NCBI GenBank assembly: GCA_034780895.1 | Contig: JAUZTB010000062.1 | Coordinates: forward strand, 25,399,719 to 25,463,718 | Length of the DNA stretch: 64,000 bases | Direction of reading: 5' to 3' | DNA from: Rhynchobatus australiae | Taxonomy: Eukaryota | Shown: positions 49,796 through 61,710 of the stretch, in pieces | Layout: each line of letters opens with the position of its first letter | Numbering within the stretch: position 1 is the stretch's first letter | Translations under genes and position numbers: made by a program | Notes under the pieces: generated by a model | Databases searched by the model: none | The model's input: the letters and a program-made list of their open reading frames with translations, nothing else | What the model was told of the DNA's origin: nothing

Positions 49796-52204
49796 GTGCT
49801 GTGAAGTTCCTCAGTGATCTTGGGTTGAGGTGAAAAATGTCAGCCAAATTTCACTGAGGATTTCTCGGCCTGTTGGAAAATGAATAGGTTTTGGGTGAAA
49901 GAAAGTACAGAATCATGATTAGTTGCAATGGTTCCATGATAGGTTGCCCAATGCATCTCACAATCAAGGCCCATACTTAAAGAAGGGGCAACTTGGCTGA
50001 GTGCCAGAAGCTGCTTGCCAGACTCCAGCTCTTTCAAGAAAGGAATATTGCCAAGAGAAACAAAAATAAATGACTCATGGTGAGCACTCCATTGAGAGTT
50101 CAACTAAAAATTAATTACATGAGTTACAAACAATACATATTTGTGTGTGAGAGTCAAACCTGCACTTCGGATATTGTGAGGTGAGAAATTGTTCTCCTAT
50201 TCCAGATGTCCAGATTAAAGGCATGGTGGCATTTACACTTCAGTACAAAGGAGCAAAGGAGAATTCCACAAGTCTGGATCCAGATGATCTCGTTATGTTT
50301 TAAATTCCTGATCCATTCACAGACACTTTGGTCATGAAACATCCTGTTTATATTTGAATTTCTCATTTTTATTCATTGGTTTAGATGAGAAACATATTTC
50401 CATTGAATGGATAAGTTTAGCACACTCTTAATTAGTAAGTGGAGTTAGATTTTTCCAAGAGCATTCTAAAATTTCCAGTTGGTTAATCATTGTATGAATT
50501 TTGTCACCTAACAAAGCTGGACCTATCTTAATTCAAGAAACTTAATCAGTTTGTAACAAATTGCATGCAGATAAAATAACATTTCTGTCACTAAATACGA
50601 AGTTAAAAACAATCACTGGTTGATCACTGGCTTGCCAGGCATTGTGTTGTAACATCTCAGTGTTCAATTTAGGTGACTTTTCAAAAACCTTCTAAATGAA
50701 TTGATATAATCACTTTAATTTTACAATCGGAATAGACTACCTTATGTCTAATACTTGTGTAATGAGACAAGGTTAATTAGTAACATAGTAAGGCATCCTC
50801 TAGGGACTAATGATCACAATATGATAGAAGTTTCCATGCCGTTTAAGAGAGACGCAGATCAGTAAGAATCAAAAGTCTTGAATAAAGCCAATTATGTAGA
50901 TAAGCTATACATTGGAAAATTATTCAAAACAGTTTGCAAGCAGATAAACAATGGCAAGTGTTTTAAAGAAATATTTCAAAATTCTCATGTAATGCACTCC
51001 GTTGAGAAACAAATAATCCACAAATGATCCCTCAATAGGAATCTAAGGCAGTTAAAGATATCATTAAATTAAAAGTAGCATTTTAGAATTTTGCCAAGAT
51101 AGGGAGATATGTTAGGAATCAACAATGAATGAAAATTGATAAACAAGGTAAATTATGAGAGTAAATTAGCATGAAGTATACACAAAAATGCAACAGCTTC
51201 TGTATCTATGTAAAAAGGGAGTAGCAAAAATAAATATGGGTCTCATAGATACAATGGCNNNNNNNNNNNNNNNNNNNNNNNNNNNNNNNNNNNNNNNNNN
51301 NNNNNNNNNNNNNNNNNNNNNNNNNNNNNNNNNNNNNNNNNNNNNNNNNNNNNNNNNNATGGCAGGATAAACAGTAACGGAGAATAGAGTAGTTGAGATG
51401 TTAAAGGGTTATTTTGAATTTGCCCTCACTGCAGTAGACAATATACTGGAACTATGGGTATGAATCAGAGCTCACACTCACTGCTGAAGTGAATGTTAGT
51501 CTGTATTTACTTGATTCACATCTGAAAGGTTGAAGTTATTAAATGATAAGTTTGGACCCAACATAATGAGGCTCTTGTATGTGTAATTGCAGTCATATGA
51601 GTGAACAGCCAAGAAATGACTGCAGTTATATACAGTTACAAACCCAAGCCTTACCCAAGAAATGGCTGTAAAGAAACTTTGACAGCCAGCTAAGCAATGT
51701 ACCCACCATTGCTGTCTATCAAAGCTGTTGATTTTTTCATGCTTTGGAATATCTCTAACATTCAGAAACAATCCAAAACTATTAAAAGCAATGCAATTTC
51801 ATTTTAATAATTAAAAATCAAATAATTTAAACTAATTTTAAGTAGTTAAAGACATTAACCAAGCACAATTCCGATGTTCTTCCTCATGACCATTGCAGCA
51901 GGTGAGATGGGAAGGTTCCTCAGCACAGGTGTCAGGGAATTCAGAAAGTTCATGCTCCACTATTCAATTCCATGCATGGCAATCCTTAAGAAGATAAAGA
52001 AGATAACAGATACAAGGATAAATTTCCCAATAAGTTCCAGTCAGATAAATATCGCTGAAATAAAGGGAAAGCAGACAGAGGGTGTAGTACACATTGTGGA
52101 AAGAAGGGTGAAGTCTTCCAGAGTTAGTTTAGGGGGTTAGACAGAAGGTTAGAAAGAAGGATGTCTAGGGTTGCAACCTTAGGATTACACGATGTGCCAT
52201 GTGC

Positions 52205-52960
52205 CAGTGAAGGGTTTTAAAAGGGATTTGAGGGGAAAGTTGTTTTTTTTTACACAAAGAGTGGTTGATATCTGGAACTCACCACCAGAGGAGGTGGTGG
52301 AATCAGATACAAGCATTACACTTAAAAGACATTTGGACAGGCACTTAAATAGACAAGGCATAGTAGGATAAAGACCTAGTGCAGACAAATGGGATTAGTG
52401 CAGATGGGCAAAAAGATCAGCATAGACATAATGGGCTGAAGGGTGTGTCTCTGTGCTGTACAACTCTATAACTCTATGATTCACTTGGAAGACACTGTAC
52501 ACTTCAGACCTCCTTACCTAAAAAAATGCTATGTTTGCTTTGGAGTCAGTGTGGTGTAGGTTTGCAGTGTTGATTCCTGGGATAAGGAAGCAATCGTGTA
52601 ATTCAGAAATTTACCCACGGGTGCTTACAAGAATGAAAGGTGATCTCATTGGGATGTGCAAGATGATGAGAGTAGTTGGCTGGCTGAGGGACTATTTACT
52701 CCAACTGGAAAGTCCAGAATTGGGAGCATTGTCTCTGGATAAAGGGGTCAACTGTTTAGGAGTGAAAAGGTAGAAATTTCCTCTACCCCAAAGAGCAGCA
52801 CATACGCCGTCACTGAATATGTTCAAGGCTGAAATTGATAGATTTTCCAAGGGAATCTGAGGATACAGAGATCAGGTGGCAAAGTGGACAAAGTATTGGA
52901 TCTGTCATGATCTTATTGAATGATGGAGCTGTCTTGACAAGTCTTAGAGCCTATTTCCCT
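52205..52960 (+). mobile_element. Two adjacent CR1 3' fragments (younger 52205-52480, older 52480-52960)
   Basis: tttttacacaaagagtggtt...ctggaactcac; tail gggctgaagggt.tgt.tctgtgctgtacaactctat; the second fragment has ALESV..RF..LIPG..RMKGDLI. Confidence 0.75.
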
Positions 52961-55900
52961 TATTCCTCAACTAACACTAGTCAGAAGCAGGACTAAATGT
53001 CTTAGATAAATTAGCAGCATTTCCTCATGGAATATGGACCTGAAAATAGGATATATAGATTGTTAGTCTAAGAACAAGCCACATGATCCACCTGGTAAGA
53101 AGTGCTGAGCCTGCAACATATTGTTCTCCACCAGCTTTTTCATGACCAATACACTGAGCACCAGTCAACTGGTAATGTGATTTACCTCTGTAAGATGTTC
53201 TAACTTGCAGCTCCAAGAAACATAAAATGAGTCTGAAGCTTCCCATATTGGGAATACCTGCTTTCAAATGTACCACTACTTTCAAGTCTTCCTCCAAACC
53301 AATCACCACCTGCTCTGGAAATATATCACCCTTCCATCATTGTCATTCTGTCTAAATACTGAAATTCCCCACTCAAAAGCATTGTGGAGGCACAATAACC
53401 AGAAGGACAGCAGCAGTTCAAGTTGACGGTTCACTGTCCCTTGGGCAATTGGGTTTAAATGCTGGCGTGGCCATCAACTGAATGAATGAGAACAAAACAA
53501 TGAATTATGGAACTCACAAATTCATTGATACAAAATACCTCATTGTTTTACCCAAAGCCCTTTCACTCACTGATAACTCTATGTGAATGAGGACGAATTA
53601 TCTAACCCCAGTTCTGGTTGTGAAGCACAGCCAAGAATGTAGGCCTGGAGATATTTGGAACAATGACACTGACTTGGGCCACAGCTGGCATCTCAGTGAT
53701 ATTTTCAGTCATTACTTGAAACTACAATTCCCACCATTATTCTATGTGTATTTGTATGTATGTTGAACTAATGAGGAATTTTAAATTATTTATTGAAACA
53801 TATACTGAACTATTTTGTAGAAAATTAGGTGTTTTGAAGTCGCTTACAAGTTACAATTGGGTACATAAAACGCAGATTATATCTGTAGGGCAGATATCTT
53901 TGGGGAAAGAAGAGCCACATGTAAATAAAATTCAACTGCTGTTCTATAACTCCAGCAACCCCAAAACCTTCTCACCCTAAATCACCTTGTACCACATAAG
54001 CTGTGACTGAGAGATACAAGAAAAAGATGATGGAAATGCACAAGAAAAGTTCTTACAAGACTAAGTCTGATTTCTATCCATGATTTTGTTTGCTCCAAAC
54101 CATTACCCAAAATGTGGAAAATTGCTATAAATTTGTATGCTGTTAGATACAAAGATACTCCATTATAAAAGTTAAACTTTCAGCTTTCATGAGAGTCATT
54201 AAAGATTATAATCCACTAATATATCAGTCCAATTCCCCAATTCAGGCTCCGCTTGGAACCAAAATGAGAAAGATTGTGTTGCTGTGACAAACCAACTAAT
54301 GAGACAGTTTTCATAGGACACTGTATACCTCATAGATTTTCCAGTTTATGGGATAGAAAGCAATCCAATCTTCCTTTAAAAAAGTACCTCTATTTATACG
54401 ACAATCAAAAGGAGTTACAAATAGGTTCTCCTTAGCTCTAAATCCATTCAGGGTCATAGGTAACAGCCATTACAGAGGTTAGCTGAGAAGGTTGCAATAA
54501 GGGGTGAGTTTATAAGCCTTCCCAAGGGAAATAACATTTTCCTTTAAAACCAATGCACAAATCACTCTTTTAAAACTCTAAGAGTGCACTATTTGCAGTT
54601 ACATCCCTAGAAACTGCTGGAACATAATTGGAGATAATTGCTGACCTTTTGGAAATAACAGATAGCTAGGTCCATTACTCATTCCTAAAATCTTTTCCTT
54701 TATTGTCATCAGTTAACTGCTTCTGTTCATCATGAGCACCTGAAACATTATTTAGGCCCTGGTTATGCTCCTGATTTGTGTATATTTTTCAACAAGGTTT
54801 CTATTAAGTTTTCAATAAACCAGTTTTTCCAATAAATCCAGTGTTGAAATTTAGATGGATACAAATATTAATCATGGTCATGGAAATGGTGAGTTGTTCC
54901 CTTGACTGTACTGATATAAAGAAGTTTTTCTAGCAAGCACACATACTGTCACCCTTTTGTAACTGTGCTTTACATCAATTCGCAATACATTACTTTTTAC
55001 TTAATATCTTACAGCATGGGTTTTCCAAATGATCTCAGGAAAATGGAATGGGAATGAGAGCATTATCATCCTGTGTTTATTGATGGTCATCTTTGGCTTT
55101 TTATCCAGGATCAGTACACAACACAGAACATAAATTAAAAATGTGGCTTGTGTTAGAACCTGATTAGGATCTTAAGCTAAAAAAAATGAGCTTTGAGTCG
55201 AACACCATAAGTCATGACTTATCACCACATCGATTGTCATCTCCTGGATGAAATGGCAGCCTACTGTTGGTTCATAAGGTACTGCCGCTCTTCCCTTTCC
55301 TTTATTTCCCTTTTTCTTGACTTTACTTTCTTCTTCAAAGTATTTCTGCTCATTTTTAAAATCCTAGAAGACAAACAAAGCAAATCTGGTATTGAACAAG
55401 CTCATATAAACGCCACCAATTGCAATCAATTTACCCAGAAAATAAAGTGAATTTGCTTTCTCTATGAAAATAACAACCAAATACACTTTTGTTTTCAAAC
55501 TACAGAATACCAATAATAGATTTCCAATCTCTGTTTCTACAGCAATTGTATTCCAATAAACACTAATATATCATGATTCTTTTAGCCGCTGTGAGAATCA
55601 ATTTATTTGTGTCCTGATTTGGCTCATAAAATAATATTCGACTGAAGTCACAACCCGTGAATATGCTATGGTGAAAGAAATGTCATTAACAACCACAACC
55701 CTTCCTCAGCTTTTCCTTGCAGTGCCATGCTCTATAGCAGTGGAATTTAATGTGTGTAATGGTAATACTTGATTTAGATTTTCTTTTAAATTTGCAAGTA
55801 CAGACCATATATTATTGATGTGATGGGAGGTAAAAGCAATAGTTCAAGGTCAGAGGTCTAATGGTATAACTAATTTGAGCTGAACTTACATATTTTATAA

Positions 55901-58900
55901 CTTCATCAGAATCACCCATCAGAAATTAGTGATGTAACTCCCACTGTGCTATTTTTTAAAGCATTAAAAATAATTTATATCTTGGTTGAAAAATGCAAAA
56001 ATCAGTATACCGTGACAGTTATTCAGATTAATTCGCATAATTTATAGTAATTTAATATTTAATAATGATATTAAATAAAATATTTAAGGGCAGANNNNNN
56101 NNNNNNNNNNNNNNNNNNNNNNNNNNNNNNNNNNNNNNNNNNNNNNNNNNNNNNNNNNNNNNNNNNNNNNNNNNNNNNNNNNNNNNNNNNNNNNCGCCGA
56201 TGCTGTCATTGCCACAAGTTACAAAATGGGAACAATAATGTCTCTACAAATATAAATGATATTAAATAAAATATTTAAGGGCAGATTAAAAATTTATTAA
56301 AGTGTTTCCACCACATTTTGTCAAACCAGACCGATTGGACACACAGTCATACATTTCATAATTTGAGGACTTAAGGTGGAGTGCCACAAAATTCAGCCTC
56401 ATTGGGCTCCTTGTTTGGATGATAAAGTGCTGACATGTGTTTTGCACATTCCTGAGTTATTTGTTGTTGCTAAAGTCTACAGAGAGTGGTGTATTTAGTA
56501 CTGAAGGACTTGGTCTTAATGACTAAAATGATGCTTTGTGCGTTTCTGCTCAATTGTAACACATGACACTCTGGCCACCGTATTGGTGAGCACTTTAGCA
56601 CATGCATAACAATCAAGTGTGCAGAGTAAGCAACTCATGACAGCAAACTGTGTGCAACACCAACTTTGCCAATTTGGACCTCATTACCTCCACCTTCTTT
56701 TCATTTTGCATGATTGAACACATGTCAGTTGTAGGACTAGTACACCCATTAATGCTATTTAAATGCTGCTTGCCAATTGACTTTTCCTTGCCATCCATAT
56801 AAATCATACATTTTACAGTTACTCTTTTGCAAAAATTCAATCTAGAGTGGTGGACCTGTGCAAAAGAACTTGATCTTATATTCAAGACTTTTACTGAAAC
56901 CATTTACTCCCGGGAATGGTGCAGTGGGAGGAGACAATCCCTATGAAAAGCAGAATAATTTGGGACAAAGGACAGGAGCACACAGAGAAGGATTTGGTTC
57001 TAGAAAGGACAGGAGATGAAGAAGGTCTCCCTTCAGGATAACATATCTGCCCAGGTTGCCATGGATTAATTCTCCTTCATGGATCTCATCGTGTACGGTG
57101 TCAAGATCATTGTAATCATGAAAGCTGGAACTTTTCATACTGGAACTTAGAGATTTGCAACATTGTGCTCTTTACCCTTCACTGTTGCATAACTTACTGA
57201 TCCCCTTTATTTTAAAAGAGATGTCTAGTTTTCATTCTTACTTGGCAGAGACTGGCAGGTGATGCAGGCACAGCTTTGCAATGATTACTCAAGATGCCAT
57301 CAGTTGAAAATATTTGAATCCTGATTCTGAAATGCATTGAAAATAAAAAAGTGATTCTACTTCCTCAATATACAACTAGTGTGCAACAAATAAGGTGAAA
57401 TTTGCAGGTCAATGTCCAGTATCTTCATTCACCAGACTACCTGCTGATGCTGTGACTCATGACTCTGCTCCATGGGCCATGTACACAAAGGCAATGTGTA
57501 TGTCATGCTGCCCTGTGAATTATGACAGGGGTCACCATCGACATGCTCTAACAATGATCCCACTGCTTGGACCACACCCACGGGATGAGCCCTATAGCAC
57601 CCGAGTCAAGAATCTTGGTCTGCTCAATTCTGCACAATCGTGTCATGTTGTCTTAGTGATAGGGAGCAGGAAGGGGTAGAGAGAGTACAGGAAGAAACAG
57701 GGATGAAGCAACATAGGGAGGTGTTTTATGGCTTGGCTACCCATGAAAGAAACATCAGACTGTGATACAAACAACACGGCTTGAATCCCTCTTTCATGGA
57801 ACAGTCCCAGAATTTACCTTCCCCTGTTGCTGCTCATCACAAATTCTGCACAATTAAAAGCCAACATAAAATAAACATTCCAAATCAAACATCCAAATCA
57901 AAGAACACCAACATTCATAGACCTGTCAATAAATCCCACTTGCACATTCTTGCAATGCTCATGGTCTGCATGCCTCTGTCTTGTGCTCCTATGCAGTGCT
58001 CCCCAGTGGATACAACACAGCTGGTGGAAGGCTGTTGACCAACAGTGAAGCAGACTCCAGATGCTCTTGAAGGATGATCTCCAGCAACTTTGGGGCTCAG
58101 CTTCATTCTGCACCTTCACAATCTTTGCACCAGTTTTCTAGGCAGAAAGGCAACAATAAGGGCACTGGTGGGAGGGCAAATGGCATCTTCTTGAGAGGGG
58201 AGAGCAGATTGATGCTCCACAAAGCCACTGGAACTCCCATACCAATCATGCAAAAGAGACAGCCAGCACTAAATGTGTGTCTCCACTGAAAGCAAAGGTT
58301 GCTTCACTCTGAAAAGATTATCAAAGCCTCCTGTGATAAACCAGCATGCATTTTGTAAATGCTATTAAGTAGATGATTAATTGTTGTTGGATTGTGGGCT
58401 GAGTCCTGAAGTAATATCAGAGCAGCTTGTGTTGTTTTCATTATAACTAATGAACATTTAGATTGCCTGAAGGCTTATCCTGTGTCGTTAGCACTGCAGA
58501 GCAGTGACAGCACATCAAATACAGCCTCTGAAGTTCAATCCATTGATTTCAATTGAACTGAATTTCGGAGGAGCAGTAAAATGTGCTGTTGCTATCATGT
58601 ATTTTGCAAGCTTATTTCACAGGATGTGGGCATTTTTGGCAAGGCCAGTATTTACCACTTATTCCGAATGGCTCTTTCCAAAATGGGCTTCATGATTGTC
58701 AGACAATGTTAATGGTTAGAAGAAACATAATTTATCTTCTTACATTGTCGATAGATACAAGGGACAATTATACCTTGAAGAAAGGGATCAACTTTAATTG
58801 ATGGCTTACTTGAGAGCTTCAAACAAGGAAATAATCGATGATCTGCTGGAAAATTTGAAATTCTTCCAATGATTGTGTGCATGTTAACATGCAGTGATTG

Positions 58901-60097
58901 GTTTTGAAATCATAAGATGCAGCTGTGTAAACAGAGACCAATGAGAAACAGCAGCTGCATTGTTACAGCAGGGAGCCACTTGGCATGAGTGGTCTGGAAA
59001 CTTATACAGACAATCATTGATTCCTCAATGTGTACATGTATATAGATACACTCATTCAATATTAGCATGGCCATAAGACGTTCTGGGATGTTTTACCAAA
59101 TGCAGAGGGAATATGTGGAACAGCTGAGACAAAGGGCTATGTTAATTAGATTCCAACCAACTACTTGAGACACACATCAAAACTCCAAGCTATGACGCAC
59201 TGATGAGATCTGGACAACAGAGATCAATGCACTAGAGGGGGGTTTGAAATGTACCAGGTGCTTGAGAACAGCCGTTGATGCAGTGAAACAATGGATGTTT
59301 TTGAGTAAAACTATTTGGCGCCATTGAAACACACACAATCTTTGTCTTAAATCTCTGCTTAAGACATTGTGAAGTCCCAAATGACTACCTGGCCAGTTCT
59401 GCTGTCAATCACATCTCATGTATTATTATTAGATCTAAAATGTATAAAACATTGTATTTGATTGTTGGGATAATTCTAGCTGATCTCCCTACGTGGATGC
59501 TTATTTTGAAAATGAGACTTGCTCCATCTATGGTTCTGGACAGATCTAACTAATGCATAAGGTTGCAGTATCACTTATCAAAGATAGCCTCACTAATTTC
59601 AACTGTTTCTCAATTTGCCAGTTATCTTTAAGTCAACAGATTTAACATTGCTATGACTAAACAAATTGCTTCATAAACCAGATAGAATGAGATTCTTAAG
59701 ATGTATTATGGCTTGTCAAAAGTAGAATTATAAACCAAATGCATTATCAGCTAGATTCAGGCTCTTATTTAAATAGAAGTAGGAGCTTTAGTAATGGGGG
59801 GTGTATATGACAGTTCTACCACTGGTGGTTCTCCATAATTAAAATTTTTAAATATCAGAGTATGGTTCAAGAAATTGCTATACACCACAGTAAGCCCAAA
59901 CCCTTCAAAGCTCAGAGCCAATGAAGGACAAGGGATAAAAGGCTACTCACTCCATCAGAAGAAGTGGGAGAGAAACTCCTTGCTTTACATAATTTTCTGG
60001 CCCTTCTGTCCCCTCCACCCTGTCACAAACCTTTTCCCTGCTCCAACCTGCTTTCCCTGCAACTAAAGAGTTGTTTAATCACCGACTTGCATTCTCT

Positions 60098-60200
60098 AAA
60101 TTCTGATGAAGGATTATCAATTTGAAATGTTAACTCTGTTTCTCTCTTGACAAATGCTGCCTGACCTGATGAGTATTTCTAACATTAGTTATCTGTTTTA
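60098..60200 (+). mobile_element. Penelope-like pLTR fragment with degenerate hammerhead core
   Basis: CTGATGA aggattatcaattt GAAAT gttaactctgtttctctc...atgctgcctgacctgatgagtatttc. Confidence 0.6.
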
Positions 60201-61347
60201 TAACTGTCATCAATATCAATACCTTGAGAAAAAATATTTGCATGGCATTTTGGTGATTTCAGAACTCCCAAGGACTTTAGTTATGGAGTAGCAAAATCCT
60301 CTTGTGATGCACTTTCTGATGTATAGACCAGTCGTAGGGTTGGGCTGTTTCTCGAGCTCCAACATAATTAAAAAGTTCTGAAGAGGTATCACATGTGAAA
60401 TGTGTACTAAACTTTTGAGAAAAGTTTAATTTAACTCAGTTCACAGAAATAAAGAGGATTGGAGCCTAGTGTTGTCTAATAAAAATACTGATTTGTCTTC
60501 AATGTGGCTAGATTGACANNNNNNNNNNNNNNNNNNNNNNNNNNNNNNNNNNNNNNNNNNNNNNNNNNNNNNNNNNNNNNNNNNNNNNNNNNNNNNNNNN
60601 NNNNNNNNNNNNNNNNNNNNNNNNNNNNNNNNNNNNNNNNNNNNNNNNNNNNNNNNNNNNNNNNNNNNNNNNNNNNNNNNNNNNNNNNNNNNNNNNNNNN
60701 NNNNNNNNNNNNNNNNNNNNNNNNNNNNNNNNNNNNNNNNNNNNNNNNNNNNNNNNNNNNNNNNNNNNNNNNNNNNNNNNNNNNNNNNNNNNNNNNNNNN
60801 NNNNNNNNNNNNNNNNNNNNNNNNNNNNNNNNNNNNNNNNNNNNNNNNNNNNNNNNNNNNNNNNNNNNNNNNNNNNNNNNNNNNNNNNNNNNNNNNNNNN
60901 NNNNNNNNNNNNNNNNNNNNNNNNNNNNNNNNNNNNNNNNNNNNNNNNNNNNNNNNNNNNNNNNNNNNNNNNNNNNNNNNNNNNNNNNNNNNNNNNACGT
61001 GTTTTCTGTGCTTCTGTGGCAGAGATTTTAGGCCTTTTGTCTCTGATTTCCTGAGATAGTTGTTGCAGGTATCCTGAAAAAAACAACAGATAAACAATGG
61101 AGGTAAATCCACCCATGAGTTTGGAAAATCAGTGCAGAGTGGTTGTGAGGTCAGGGAAGAACTCTGTTGCTGATGTCTCTCGAGAGTTGAAACTTATTCA
61201 CTCACAGCGAAACTCTGCCAGTTCAATGGCTTGAGGGCACAAAGTGTATGGTTGAGGATGCAAGCAGGAAATCCAAACTCTCCTTATGGAGTAAAATTAT
61301 AAGTATATTCATCCATTTACAGTGATTGCTTGCCAGAGGAGTGCAAA

Positions 61348-61710
61348 GGATGGCAGAGTGGTGCATCTGGTAGTGCTGCTACCTAACAGCTGCTATCAGC
61401 CTAAGATGCTGCCCATCTGGGTTCACTCCTGACCTCTGCTGCTGACTGTATGGCACGTGAATGCTCTTCCTGTGACTGTTACCCCTGGGTGTTCTGGTTT
61501 ACTCCCAAAGTCATGCAGGTTGGTAGGTTAATTGGCCACTGTAAATAGCCCACATTTTGTGGCTGAGTAGAAGAAGCTGGGGAGAGCTGATGAGAATGCA
61601 GGGAAAGTTAGTGGGGAATGGGACTGATCTACAGCCCCTTCTATGTTGNNNNNNNNNNACTAGAGCTAGCATAAACTCAATGGGCCGCTTGGCCTTCTAT
61701 GTTGTAAGAA
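61348..61710 (+). mobile_element. Degenerate V-SINE
   Basis: tRNA-like head, ctgggttcactcctgacctc, cccctgggtgttctggttt, ggttggtaggttaattggccactgtaaat, and a CR1-like tail atgggccg..tggcct. Confidence 0.72.

Noticed and set aside
56064-56285. 31-bp direct repeat around gap 56095-56194
   Set aside because: Gap-adjacent exact duplicate; most likely an assembly artefact or collapsed haplotypes.
58876-58896. Possible p53-family response element (two CATG cores)
   Set aside because: The cores are separated by 4 bp rather than the canonical 6, and the flanks mismatch RRRCWWGYYY.
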